A stretch of 64,000 nucleotides of DNA from the NCBI GenBank assembly GCA_038245295.1, contig JBBRSP010000001.1:192001-256000 (forward strand), given 5' to 3'. Positions 32,064 through 41,612 of this stretch are shown in pieces; position 1 is the first letter of the stretch; each line of letters begins with the position of its first letter. The notes beneath the pieces were generated by a model. That model worked only from the letters and a program-made list of their open reading frames with translations. It ran no database searches and had not been told where the DNA came from. The translations under genes were made by a program, and so were the position numbers. This DNA comes from Candidatus Binatia bacterium (GTDB taxonomy: Bacteria; Desulfobacterota; Binatia; HRBIN30).

Positions 32064-33015
32064 GAGGCACGTCTCCTGTGATTGATTGCGGTCGTGTTTC
32101 GTCGATGAAGCGGCGCGCCGCCTCGTAGGCGGCGGCTGTATCTTCGAGAGTCGGCAAGTGACGGGCGAACTTTACGAGGTCGGCCTGCGACAGGAACTCT
32201 CCCAGCAGGCGTCGTTGCTGTGAAGTAAGGCGGGCATTGGCGGCGGCAGCAGTATTGAGAAACTCTTCGGTTGTCATCTCGGGGGCACGCACCTTCATGC
32301 CGTCCTCGAGGTAACGTCGGATGATCGCCGACAATTCGACATAGTAGGCCTCGAACTTACCCTGCTCGAGGTAACCTTCGGTGCGCAACCGGCCCAAAGC
32401 CGCCAACGCCACTTCGTGGGCTGGGGGTGGCGGTACCACGTGGACGCGCGCCGGTCGTCTGACCAAGAGATAGAAGCCGGCGATCGCCAGACCGAACACG
32501 GTAATCGCCGCCAAGGCAAGCGCCAGCGGCCGCCAGTCGAGTGGCACATCGAGTGGTGGCGCGATGTCTTCGATGTTCGTGCTGCCTTCGGGCAATAGGG
32601 CGCGTACGTTGATCGTCAAGGTGTTGCCCTCGACGTCGGCAAACCAACCGCCCGGCGTGCGATACTCGGCCTTCGGTGCCGGCACGATGCGCGCGCCGAC
32701 CTGGAAGGCCGTCAGCGTGTACCATCGTGTGATCGTCGTGTTGCCGCCTTCCTTGCGCGGCGGCTCCTCGCCGAAGTCGACGATTTCAAAATCGCCCTGC
32801 CTGCCGGCAAGCAGCGGGACACGGACCTCGACTTCGGCAGCGGCGGTAACCTGAACCCGATAACGGATCGGATCACCGATGGTGACTTCGAGCGGCTCGG
32901 CCGTGGCACGGACGGTGACCGGTGCCGGGGCGGCGGTTGCCGTCGCCTCGGGCTCTTGTGCGCCCACCGGCAGGGTCACCAGGCACAACGAGAGAATGAG
33001 AATTGGCAATCGCAT
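32050..33015 (-). CDS. Bat-operon membrane protein (BatD-like N-terminus, single TM)
   Basis: Signal peptide, VTIGDPI, EMTTEE, ADLVKFA motifs; position between DUF58 and batA. Confidence 0.8.
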   Translation of the reverse strand: MRLPILILSLCLVTLPVGAQEPEATATAAPAPVTVRATAEPLEVTIGDPIRYRVQVTAAAEVEVRVPLLAGRQGDFEIVDFGEEPPRKEGGNTTITRWYTLTAFQVGARIVPAPKAEYRTPGGWFADVEGNTLTINVRALLPEGSTNIEDIAPPLDVPLDWRPLALALAAITVFGLAIAGFYLLVRRPARVHVVPPPPAHEVALAALGRLRTEGYLEQGKFEAYYVELSAIIRRYLEDGMKVRAPEMTTEEFLNTAAAANARLTSQQRRLLGEFLSQADLVKFARHLPTLEDTAAAYEAARRFIDETRPQSITGDVPRAAA

Positions 33016-33017
33016 GG

Positions 33018-33893
33018 TCAGTGGCGGCGCTCCCGCATGCGGAAGAAGCGCATGAGTGCTTCCGTGTAAGATTGGTCGGTGCGCAAAACGATGGCGTCGA
33101 CATCGATGCTGCGCAGCATGCGGTCGCGCTCCTGGCGGGCCGCCGCACTGTCAGCGGCAAACTTCCGCCGTACGGCGCTGCTGCTCGTGTCGACGAGCAT
33201 CGTGTCACCGTTTTCCGCGTCTTCGAGGGCGATCATCCCGACATCGGGCAACTCGAACTCGCGTGGATCGTCGAGAACGACGGCGATGATGTCGTGCCGT
33301 CGATTCGCCGTCTTGAGGGCCAATCGCGACCGCGGGTCGAGGAAGTCGGAGATCACGAAGGTGACGCAGCGTCGTTTGGTGACGTGGTTCAGATGTTCGA
33401 GGGCGCCGGCAATGTCGGTGCCGTGGCCCCGCGGTTTGAACGACAGAATCTCGCGGATGACGCGCAACACATGGCGCGTGCCCTTCTTCGGCCGCACCGC
33501 CATCTCGATCTCATCGCTGAACATCACCAGGCCAACTTTGTCGTTGTTGGTGATGGCCGAGAACGCGAACAGAGCCGCGAGCTCGGCGGCCATCTCGCTC
33601 TTCAGTTGACGCACGCTGCCGAAGCGCGTCGAGGCGCTGGCATCGACCAGCAGCATGACGGTGAGCTCGCGCTCTTCCGTAAAACGTTTGACATGCGGCA
33701 CCCCGGTGCGCGCGGTGACGTTCCAGTCGATCGTCCGGACGTCATCGCCGGGAATGTAGTGACGCACCTCGGCGAACTCCATGCCGTGTCCCTTGAAGAC
33801 ACTCTGGTATTGCCCGGCGAACAGATCGCTGACGAGATGACTCGTGCGGATCTGAATCTTGCGAACAGCCTTGAGTTGATCTGGCGATAACAC
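33018..33893 (-). CDS. DUF58 family protein
   Basis: SVFKGHGMEFAEVRHY.PGDDVRTIDWNVTAR, EEREL, ISDF. Confidence 0.93.
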   Translation of the reverse strand: MLSPDQLKAVRKIQIRTSHLVSDLFAGQYQSVFKGHGMEFAEVRHYIPGDDVRTIDWNVTARTGVPHVKRFTEERELTVMLLVDASASTRFGSVRQLKSEMAAELAALFAFSAITNNDKVGLVMFSDEIEMAVRPKKGTRHVLRVIREILSFKPRGHGTDIAGALEHLNHVTKRRCVTFVISDFLDPRSRLALKTANRRHDIIAVVLDDPREFELPDVGMIALEDAENGDTMLVDTSSSAVRRKFAADSAAARQERDRMLRSIDVDAIVLRTDQSYTEALMRFFRMRERRH

Positions 33894-33895
33894 GT

Positions 33896-33930
33896 CGCGC
33901 CCTACGCCCTACCGAAAAATGCCCAACGCC
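33896..33930 (-). repeat. Single arm of the GTAGGGC repeat family
   Basis: Minus strand GGCGTTGGGCATTTTTCGGTAGGGCGTAGGGCGCG fills the moxR-DUF58 gap. Confidence 0.65.
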
Positions 33931-34920
33931 TCAGGGCACCGGTACTCCATCAAACACCTGCTTGATCACGGCATCCGACGTGATGTCTTCGGCCTCGGCC
34001 TCGTAGGTGACGATGACGCGGTGGCGCAACACGTCGGGACCGACGGACTTAATGTCCTGCGGCGTGACGTAGCCACGCCCTTGCAGCAGAGCGTACGCCT
34101 TTGAGGCGAGTGACAAGCTGAGAGTCGCACGCGGTGAAGCGCCGTAGTGGATGAAGCGCTTGAGATCGAGCTTGAAGGCATCCGGCTCACGCGTCGCCAC
34201 CACGAGGTCGATGATGTACTCCTTGATCTTCTCGTCGACATAAATGTCGTCGACCAATTTGCGCAGGCGCAGGATGTCGCCGGTATGCATGATGGTCGTC
34301 GGAACGATCTTCGACTCGGTGGACCCCATACGATCGAGGATCTGGCGTTCCTCGGCGCGCGTCGGGTAGGTGATCGACAGCTTCAGCATGAAACGGTCGA
34401 CCTGGGCCTCCGGAAGCGGGTAGGTGCCCTCTTGTTCGATGGGGTTCTGTGTGGCGAGCACCAGGAACGGATCGGGTAGTTTGTGGGTCGTCTCGCCGAT
34501 CGTCACTTGATGTTCCTGCATCGCTTCGAGGAGGGCGCTCTGTACCTTGGCCGGGGCGCGGTTGATTTCGTCGGCCAGGATGATGTTGGCGAAGATCGGG
34601 CCCTTTTTGGTGGTGAACTCGCCGTCCTTGGGGCTGTAGACGAGTGTACCGATCAGGTCGGCGGGCAACAGGTCGGGAGTGAACTGCAGGCGGCGGAAAC
34701 TGGCATCGATCGACTGCGCCAGGGTTTTCACCGATAGAGTTTTCGCCAATCCGGGAACGCCTTCCAGCAAGACGTGGCCGTTGGTGAGAAGTCCGATGAA
34801 CAGCCGATCAATCAGATAACGTTGACCGACGATGACGCGGCCGATTTCCTCGCGCAGGCGGTAGAGGACGGCGGATTCGTCCTTGACGCGATCGTTGATG
34901 GCCGTGAGCCCAGCTTCCAT
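33931..34920 (-). CDS. moxR: MoxR-family AAA+ ATPase
   Basis: GVPGLAKT, QFTPDLLPAD, DEINRAPAKVQSALLEAM, TQNPIEQEGTYPLPEAQVDRF. Confidence 0.96.
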   Translation of the reverse strand: MEAGLTAINDRVKDESAVLYRLREEIGRVIVGQRYLIDRLFIGLLTNGHVLLEGVPGLAKTLSVKTLAQSIDASFRRLQFTPDLLPADLIGTLVYSPKDGEFTTKKGPIFANIILADEINRAPAKVQSALLEAMQEHQVTIGETTHKLPDPFLVLATQNPIEQEGTYPLPEAQVDRFMLKLSITYPTRAEERQILDRMGSTESKIVPTTIMHTGDILRLRKLVDDIYVDEKIKEYIIDLVVATREPDAFKLDLKRFIHYGASPRATLSLSLASKAYALLQGRGYVTPQDIKSVGPDVLRHRVIVTYEAEAEDITSDAVIKQVFDGVPVP

Positions 34921-35026
34921 GGCTTCGATTCTCCCTGTTCTAAACTCTTGTGTTGGCGAAACGCGCCGAAGACGACGTTCGCGAGCGCGATTTGTTCAGC
35001 GCTCGGGTCACCTTTCGCCGGGAAGT

Positions 35027-35054
35027 TTCTTACCATCGAAGGGACGGGCGTCAA
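35027..35054 (-). promoter_or_regulatory. Possible sigma70 promoter for the moxR-bat operon
   Basis: TTGACG-N16-TAAGAA with TG just upstream of the -10. Confidence 0.3.
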
Positions 35055-35128
35055 GGTTGCGGTTGTTTGACTGTGTTCCCACAGCCCTCCCGTTGGCCGA
35101 AACCACATCAGGCCAACCAGCCCTACTC

Positions 35129-35201
35129 CGTCATACCGGCGAAAGCCGGTATCTTCCCAGCAATTCCACTCGAGGAGATCCCGGCTTTCGCCGGGATGAC
35201 G
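35129..35201. repeat. CGTC-tagged REP doublet (REPIN/MITE-like), copy 1
   Basis: CGTCATACCGGCGAAAGCCGGTATCT ... AGATCCCGGCTTTCGCCGGGATGACG; each arm is itself a hairpin. Confidence 0.9.
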
Positions 35202-35223
35202 TTGCGTGGCGCCAGATCCCGCC

Positions 35224-36387
35224 TTACGGCGCGATCAGATCCTGCCACTTCGGTCCGTTGCTAAGAAAATCCGCCGTCCATTCGCGCACGGTGATGCCGT
35301 TGAGTTCTTCCGTGTAGAAGTTGTCCGAGACCAGCGCCGTATGTGTCGCGCCGCGCGGGAAGAAGCGTTTGATGCGGTCGGGGTAGCGGCCCTGCACGTC
35401 GTTGGTGACAGTACGCAGCAGCGAGCCGAACATGTCGGCGTCGAGTTTCAGGAAGAACGTTAGTACGCCGTCCTCCTGATAGTCGAAGTAGGCGACTCGC
35501 AGTCCTGGGTCGCGTTGGACCGCCCAGTCGGTAAGATAGGTCAGCTGGGTAGAGCACTCGGTGCAGGTCGGCGGTACCGACGAGCTGAAGTGCCAATTGG
35601 TATTGCGCTCGGCAATCGTCTGGGTGTCGGCTGGATTCTGGAGCCCGGGTCCGGAGTCATCAAAGACGAGAAGCGGCGTCGTCGGGAAGGCGACGCGGGT
35701 GACGGCGTAGCCGGTGTAGGTTCCGAAGCCGCCGGCGCTGCTGCCCGCGACCACGAGTCGATCGACATTGGGGAACTCGCGTTGCGCCAGGGTGACGGCG
35801 GCGGAGACGTTCTGCAAGCCGTGATGGTAGGTGTGTTTGTCGCGGTAGTCGACGATGTTGTCGCCGGCGAAGACCGAACCATCGCAGTACGAGGCGTAGA
35901 CGATGTTCCAATCCTTGAACGGATTGTCGGCGTTGGTGTTGTCGAGAATCCCGCCGCCGACCGCCGGTCCGGCAACGAGTTTGGCGAGCGGCGATTGCCA
36001 ACAGGTGGCGTAGTTCCAACAAGCGCCGCCGCCTTCGAGGTAGATCAAGACGTGATTCGAGCTGCCGCGTCGCAGATTTACTTGATAGGTCGTGCCGCCG
36101 CGGCAAATCGCCATCTCGGCGGTCTTGTCGTAGGTATACTCTTCCCACTGGCCGTTGCGGTTCATGGCATTGGGCTGGATGCCGAGATGGCGACCGATGC
36201 CGGTCGCGGCGAGTTCGGCAACGATGGGCGGAACAGTTGCTGTCGGCGACGCCGTAGCCGTCGGTTTGACGGTTGCGGTGGCCGTCGCCTGAGGCGTCGG
36301 TGCCGCGCCGTTGTCATCGTCACCGCAGCCAATCGCGGCGGCGCTCAGCAGCGCCGCGAGTAGAATCAAACCGTATCGTTGCTTCAT
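35224..36387 (-). CDS. Pectin acetylesterase/Notum-family lipoprotein
   Basis: Lipobox AAIGC, Thr/Pro linker, YLEGGGACW, YCDGS, GSSAGG nucleophile elbow. Confidence 0.85.
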   Translation of the reverse strand: MKQRYGLILLAALLSAAAIGCGDDDNGAAPTPQATATATVKPTATASPTATVPPIVAELAATGIGRHLGIQPNAMNRNGQWEEYTYDKTAEMAICRGGTTYQVNLRRGSSNHVLIYLEGGGACWNYATCWQSPLAKLVAGPAVGGGILDNTNADNPFKDWNIVYASYCDGSVFAGDNIVDYRDKHTYHHGLQNVSAAVTLAQREFPNVDRLVVAGSSAGGFGTYTGYAVTRVAFPTTPLLVFDDSGPGLQNPADTQTIAERNTNWHFSSSVPPTCTECSTQLTYLTDWAVQRDPGLRVAYFDYQEDGVLTFFLKLDADMFGSLLRTVTNDVQGRYPDRIKRFFPRGATHTALVSDNFYTEELNGITVREWTADFLSNGPKWQDLIAP

Positions 36388-36505
36388 TCCGTTCCCCTCT
36401 CGCCGCGCTGCCTTATCCCAAGCGGCCGGGGCGGTCTACCTGGCGCCGACCACGATCCCTCCGCCCGATTGCCAGCGCCGCCCAGATCGCCTATCGCGCG
36501 TGTCT

Positions 36506-37282
36506 ATGCCAGCCGCCGCACCAAGCCTCGAAGGTAGAGTTGCCGTTGTCACCGGCGCCGGGAACGGTATCGGGCGCGCCATCGCCCAACGCCTGGCTGC
36601 CGACGGCGCGCGACTCGGCATTCTGGATCTCAACGGTCCCGCGGCTAGCGAGGCCGCCTCACTCATTGCCACTGCCGGCGGCGAGGCGACGGCGATTGTC
36701 GCCGATGTTGCTGATCGCGATTCGGTGGGACGCGCGATTGACGAGGTCCGCCGTCGTTACGGAGCGATCGGCATCCTGGTCAACAACGCCGGCTGGGACA
36801 AGCTCGAACCGTTCACGCAAAATGTCCCGGAGCTGTGGGATCGCCTCATCGACATCAATCTCAAGGGGCCGATCCACTGCACTCGCGCCGTGGTCGATGA
36901 CATGATCGCCGCCGGCGCCGGCAAGATCATCAGCATCAGCTCGGATGCGGCGCGTGTCGGCAGCACCGGCGAGGCGGTCTATTCGGCGTGTAAAGGCGGC
37001 ATCCTCTCGTTCTCGAAAACCATGGCGCGCGAGCTGGCGCGGCATCGCATCAACGTCAACGTCGTCTGCCCGGGGCCAACCGACACGAATCTGCTCAAGG
37101 AGATCACCGCCGGTGAGCAGGGCGCCAAGATCATCGCGGCGATGACTCGTGCGGTGCCATTCGGCCGCCTCGGCCGCCCCGATGACATTGCCAACGCCGT
37201 CGCCTTCTTTGCGTCGTCCGATTCCGATTTCATCACCGGCCAGGTTCTGAGCGTCAGTGGCGGCCTGACCATGGCCGGCTGA
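36506..37282 (+). CDS. SDR dehydrogenase, BadH (2-hydroxycyclohexanecarboxyl-CoA DH)-like
   Basis: TGAGNGIG, NNAGWD, SSDAARVGSTGEAVYSACK, GPTDT. Confidence 0.88.
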   Translation: MPAAAPSLEGRVAVVTGAGNGIGRAIAQRLAADGARLGILDLNGPAASEAASLIATAGGEATAIVADVADRDSVGRAIDEVRRRYGAIGILVNNAGWDKLEPFTQNVPELWDRLIDINLKGPIHCTRAVVDDMIAAGAGKIISISSDAARVGSTGEAVYSACKGGILSFSKTMARELARHRINVNVVCPGPTDTNLLKEITAGEQGAKIIAAMTRAVPFGRLGRPDDIANAVAFFASSDSDFITGQVLSVSGGLTMAG

Positions 37283-37334
37283 TCCGACAAGGTAACCTGG
37301 GACGTTGAAGCCTCGCCGGTGCGACGAGAACCGC

Positions 37335-39140
37335 GTGGGCAATTTCCTTCTTATGAGCGGCGCAGGCGAAGCGGCTGGCACAATCTGGCGCAAAGGTCTG
37401 GCGCAAGCACAGCGCCTGAAAGGGATCGTACCGACGCGTGTGTTTGAGACGCCAGATCTGCGTGCTGCTTCCTTCGCCCGCCAGAACGGCTCCGGCACGC
37501 CTTTGCTGCGTGACGAATCCACCGGTAATTGGTTGCTGGCGGCCGGCAGTTGGTTCCACACCGATGGTTACGGCTCGGGTGCCGAGGCGCGGCTGCTGGA
37601 GCGACTGGTGCAGGTGGGGGGCGCGGCAGTAGCGCAAGAGCTCTCCGGGTTCTTCACGTTGCTGTTTGGTGATGCCCAAAGGGGAGAGACCGTTGTCATC
37701 ACGGATCTGCTCGGCGGTCGCCAGGCCTTTTATCGCGAGTTCCCGTGGGGCGTCGCGTTGGCGAGCTCTTCCTTGCTACTGGCCAGCCTCGATGCCGCGG
37801 CGCTGGATCAACTCGGTTGCGAGGAGTTTCTGCGCACCGGCGTCGTCGCGGAGGATCGCAGCTTTTTTCGCGACGTGCGTAAATTGGCCCCCGCCAGTGT
37901 CTACCGAATCGCCAACGGCAAGCTGAATCCGCCGCACTGTTATTGGCGGTTCACCCAATTGAATCCTGAAGCGCTGCGCGGCGAACCGGCAATTGAAGCA
38001 TTCGGCGCCAGTCTGATTGCCACCGCACGCCAGGTAGCGGATGTGTTTCCTCGCATCATCAGCGACTTGACCGGCGGATATGATTCGCGGCTGCTGGCAG
38101 CCGCCTTGATGACGGCGGGCGTCTCGTTCGAGACGACGGTCTCTGGTGCTCGGACGGCCCCTGATGTCGTGATCGCCTGCCGCCTCGCCGAGATCACCGG
38201 CCGGCCGCATCATGCCTTTGAAACGAATCCACAACTCAGCTTCGCGGACCTTCAGCCGGCGCTCGCCCTGACCGACGGCGAGACAGACGTCGTGCACTAC
38301 GCCAGGCATGCGTTGCCGGCGCACGCGGCTTCGGCGATGCGATATGACATTAGTCTGAACGGCTCGGCCGGCGAGCTCGCGCGGGCCCATTGGTGCGGGC
38401 TATTGTGGCCGCATGCCGGCGCCCGTGCGCCGCTCGATGCGCGCAAGATTGCGACGGCGCGTTTTGCCGTTGCTCCCAACAGCTCACAACTATTCGATGC
38501 ACCGATCGATCTGGTCGGACATTTTGCGGCGATGATCGAGCGAGTGAACGTTGACCTTCGTGATTGGCCTAACACGGCACAGTTGGATCACGCCTTTCTG
38601 CGCTTGCGCATGCGATCCTGGCAAGGGCGCCTGGCGACCAGCACCGACCAGATTCGCCCATGTGTGTCGCCGTTCATGCTTCGTCCGCTGTTGGAAACGA
38701 TTCTGCAAACCGACTCTGGCTTGCGCCGCCGCAACCAATTGGTGCGGCACGTTCTCAGCCGGATGCAACCGCGGCTGGCGGCCTGCCGGCTCGAACACGG
38801 TTACCCGGCGGAACCGGTCACCTTCGCCAATGCTCATCGGTTTGCGCCGCTGCTGATCCGGTCTGGGCGCAAGGTGTGGTCCAAAGGTTGGCGCGCCCTC
38901 GGCGTCGAAGGCTCCGCCGTGCCGGTGCACGGCACAGAGTCTGCCCGGCTGCAATTGTGGCAACAGGAGGAAGTGCGAGCCCTGCTGCAACCCGGGACGA
39001 TGCGGCTGCGCGATTGGTTGGGGGCGGGGCGATTGCAGACATTTCTCGACGCTTCGCAACAGCCGATCTTTCGCTCCGAACAACAGTGGAGCTGGTTGCT
39101 GAGTTTGGAGTGGGCGTTGCGTGCGGCGCATGGCGAGTGA
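37335..39140 (+). CDS. Asparagine synthetase-like ATP pyrophosphatase protein
   Basis: Degenerate GATase-II N-domain lacking the N-terminal Cys; DLTGGYDSR PP-loop; GSAGE; SPF. Confidence 0.75.
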   Translation: MGNFLLMSGAGEAAGTIWRKGLAQAQRLKGIVPTRVFETPDLRAASFARQNGSGTPLLRDESTGNWLLAAGSWFHTDGYGSGAEARLLERLVQVGGAAVAQELSGFFTLLFGDAQRGETVVITDLLGGRQAFYREFPWGVALASSSLLLASLDAAALDQLGCEEFLRTGVVAEDRSFFRDVRKLAPASVYRIANGKLNPPHCYWRFTQLNPEALRGEPAIEAFGASLIATARQVADVFPRIISDLTGGYDSRLLAAALMTAGVSFETTVSGARTAPDVVIACRLAEITGRPHHAFETNPQLSFADLQPALALTDGETDVVHYARHALPAHAASAMRYDISLNGSAGELARAHWCGLLWPHAGARAPLDARKIATARFAVAPNSSQLFDAPIDLVGHFAAMIERVNVDLRDWPNTAQLDHAFLRLRMRSWQGRLATSTDQIRPCVSPFMLRPLLETILQTDSGLRRRNQLVRHVLSRMQPRLAACRLEHGYPAEPVTFANAHRFAPLLIRSGRKVWSKGWRALGVEGSAVPVHGTESARLQLWQQEEVRALLQPGTMRLRDWLGAGRLQTFLDASQQPIFRSEQQWSWLLSLEWALRAAHGE

Positions 39141-39188
39141 ACTGTCTTCAGCACGGGTTCGCGGTTCTCCGTCAGCGCAGTTTCGCCC

Positions 39189-40667
39189 TCAGGTGAGCTG
39201 ACGAATCAGCTCCTTCTTCTTGAACTTGCCCGGGCCGATGCGTGGAATCTCGGCGACGAAGACGATCTGCTGCGGCACCTTGTGGGGAGCCAGCGTCAGT
39301 CGGGCAAAATCGCGCAACTCGTCTTCGGAGGCAAAGGCGCCCGGTTGCAAGGTCACGGCGGCGACGATGCGTTCACCCTGATCCGAGTCGGGGACGCCGA
39401 CGACGGCAACCTCCTGCACGGCGCGGTGGTGCTGCAGTACCGTTTCGATCTCTAGCGCCCCGACCTTGAAGCCACGCGTCTTGATGATGTCGACCGAACT
39501 GCGGCCGACAATGCGGAACTGACCGTCGCTCTCGCGCACCGCCAAATCGCCGGAGCGCAGGTAGCCCTGTAGCATCGCTTGTGCGGTTTCCTGGGGCCGG
39601 TGCCAGTAGCCACTGAATAGGTTGGGGCCTCTGATCAGGATCTCGCCCTGTACACCGTCGGCGACGTCACAGAGCTCGCCGACATTGGCGGCGTCGCTAT
39701 CGACGAGACGCACCTCGACTCCCGGTAAGGGGCGGCCGACCACTCCCGGGCGCCGCGCTTCATCGTAGCGAGTGGAAAGGGCGAAACCGCACTCGGTCAT
39801 GCCGTAACGATCCATCAAGGCGAAGCCGGACCGCTCCTCGAAGGCCTCATACGTGGCGGCGTGGAGCGGTGCTGACCCGGAAACCCACAGGCGCATCCGA
39901 TGCAGATCGCGGTTGTGAAACTCTTCGACGGGTAGGCTGACCAGCCGGTTGTACATCGTTGGTACGCCGAAGAACATCGTGCACTCGGCCAAGGCGAGAT
40001 CATCGAGTGTCGATTCGACGGCGAAGCGTCGCTTGAGCACGATGCTCGAGCCGACCAGCAAGCTCGTCAGGATACCGAGACCGAGGCCGTGCAGGTGAAA
40101 GCAGGGCAGGGCAAGCAGGAGGCGATCTTCGGGCGTCCAGCGCCATGCCGAGGCAACGGTCTGCAAGTTGGAGACGAGCGCGGCATTCGACAAAACCGCT
40201 CCTTTGGGCCGCCCCGTTGTTCCGGAGGTGTAGATCATCAACGCCCCGTCTTCCGGGCGAGTCGCGATCGACACGCCGATCGTCGAGCCGGTCAACGGCG
40301 CATCCAGGCAGTTTCGATGGCCCGCCGCTTCGGCGCTGCGGCGATGTTCCGCGCCGAGAAACGCCGCGGCAACCGCAGCGTCTCCGAGGACGTAAAGCAA
40401 CTCGTCGGCGGTATAGGCTGGGTTGAGCGGAACGAGTACTGCCCCGGCCTTCAGCACACCGAGAACTGTCGCCACCAACTCGACTGAGTTGCCAAGCCCG
40501 ACGGCGACTCGCTGCCCGACACCGACATTCGCCGCCTGGAGGAGGGCGGCCACCGCACCCGCCCGGCCTTCAAGCTCACCGTACGTAAGCCATGAGCCGT
40601 CGAAGTTGAGAGCTAGCCCATCGTGACGACGAGCGGCCGTTTCGCCAAGGACAGCCGACAGAGACAT
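39189..40667 (-). CDS. Acyl-CoA synthetase (MatB/malonyl-CoA ligase-like)
   Basis: YTSGTTGRPKG, LPCFHLHGL, RYGMTE, RSGD, GKFKK. Confidence 0.9.
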   Translation of the reverse strand: MSLSAVLGETAARRHDGLALNFDGSWLTYGELEGRAGAVAALLQAANVGVGQRVAVGLGNSVELVATVLGVLKAGAVLVPLNPAYTADELLYVLGDAAVAAAFLGAEHRRSAEAAGHRNCLDAPLTGSTIGVSIATRPEDGALMIYTSGTTGRPKGAVLSNAALVSNLQTVASAWRWTPEDRLLLALPCFHLHGLGLGILTSLLVGSSIVLKRRFAVESTLDDLALAECTMFFGVPTMYNRLVSLPVEEFHNRDLHRMRLWVSGSAPLHAATYEAFEERSGFALMDRYGMTECGFALSTRYDEARRPGVVGRPLPGVEVRLVDSDAANVGELCDVADGVQGEILIRGPNLFSGYWHRPQETAQAMLQGYLRSGDLAVRESDGQFRIVGRSSVDIIKTRGFKVGALEIETVLQHHRAVQEVAVVGVPDSDQGERIVAAVTLQPGAFASEDELRDFARLTLAPHKVPQQIVFVAEIPRIGPGKFKKKELIRQLT

Positions 40668-40679
40668 CTGGACACGCGG

Positions 40680-40762
40680 CCATTCTGCCATCGGGCCATT
40701 TAGTCACGTTGCTCCCGCTTCGCCAAACGGCCAAATGACCAGATGGCCCGATGGCAAAATGG
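40680..40762. repeat. Palindromic element with octamer (CATYTGGC-like) arms, copy 2
   Basis: CCATTCTGCCATCGGGCCATTTAGTCACGTTG is inverse to CCAAATGACCAGATGGCCCGATGGCAAAATGG; lies between divergent genes. Confidence 0.85.
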
Positions 40763-40789
40763 TCCTGTTCTGCGCTAAACGCGTGCCCC

Positions 40790-41584
40790 ATGAGTCGACT
40801 GGCGGGAATGACGGCGCTGATTACCGGCGCGGCTTCGGGGATTGGTTCGGCGTGCGCCGTGCGTTTTGCGCAGGAGGGGGCGCGTGTAGTTGGCTTCGAT
40901 GCGAACGGCGCGGGTGACGAGCGCTGGACCGAAGCGGCGCGCTTGAGTGGTGGCGCTCCGTTGTTGGTCGGCGATGTGCGCCGCGAAGTCGAGGTCGAAG
41001 CGGCGGTTGCGCAAGCGCGCGATCACCTCGGTAGTCTCGACCTGCTGGTCAACTCGGCCGGTGTCGCCGGTGGTGGCCCGGTGCACATGCTCGCCACCGA
41101 AGAATGGGATCGGGTCATCGATATCAACCTGAAGGGTACATTCCTGTTCTGCAAACACACCCTGCCCGTGATGATGGAGCAGCGGCGCGGCTCCATCGTC
41201 AACCTGGCAAGCATCGAAGGGCTCGAAGCCTTCGAGGGCGGCAGCGCCTACAACGCCTCGAAGGGTGCCGTTGTATTACTCACCAAGAATCTGGCGATGG
41301 ACTACGCGCGTCTTGGGATTCGCGTCAACGCGATCTGTCCCGGCTTCATCCAAACACCGATGATGAGTGGCGTGCTCGATCTGGGCGGATTCGAGGAGCT
41401 CAAGGCACGTGTCGCCGACCTGCATCAAATGGGTCGATTCGGGCGCCCCGAAGAAATTGCCGCCGCGGCGCTGTTCCTGGCATCGGAGGACGCCTCGTTT
41501 GTGACCGGCCACTCTCTGGTTGTCGATGGTGGCTACACTGCCGGGCATCGAATTGGTCTCGGCAAAATGATGGGTTTGGAATAG
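40790..41584 (+). CDS. SDR family oxidoreductase
   Basis: TGAASGIG, VNSAG, YNASK, VDGG. Confidence 0.92.
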   Translation: MSRLAGMTALITGAASGIGSACAVRFAQEGARVVGFDANGAGDERWTEAARLSGGAPLLVGDVRREVEVEAAVAQARDHLGSLDLLVNSAGVAGGGPVHMLATEEWDRVIDINLKGTFLFCKHTLPVMMEQRRGSIVNLASIEGLEAFEGGSAYNASKGAVVLLTKNLAMDYARLGIRVNAICPGFIQTPMMSGVLDLGGFEELKARVADLHQMGRFGRPEEIAAAALFLASEDASFVTGHSLVVDGGYTAGHRIGLGKMMGLE

Positions 41585-41612
41585 TCCTGTCTGCACCGAA
41601 GGGGAGAGACAT

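Noticed and set aside
35208..35247. GGCGCCAGATCCCGCC resembling the adjacent esterase 3' end as a second gene-end duplication
   Set aside because: Short, gapped and not flanking the repeat; compatible with chance
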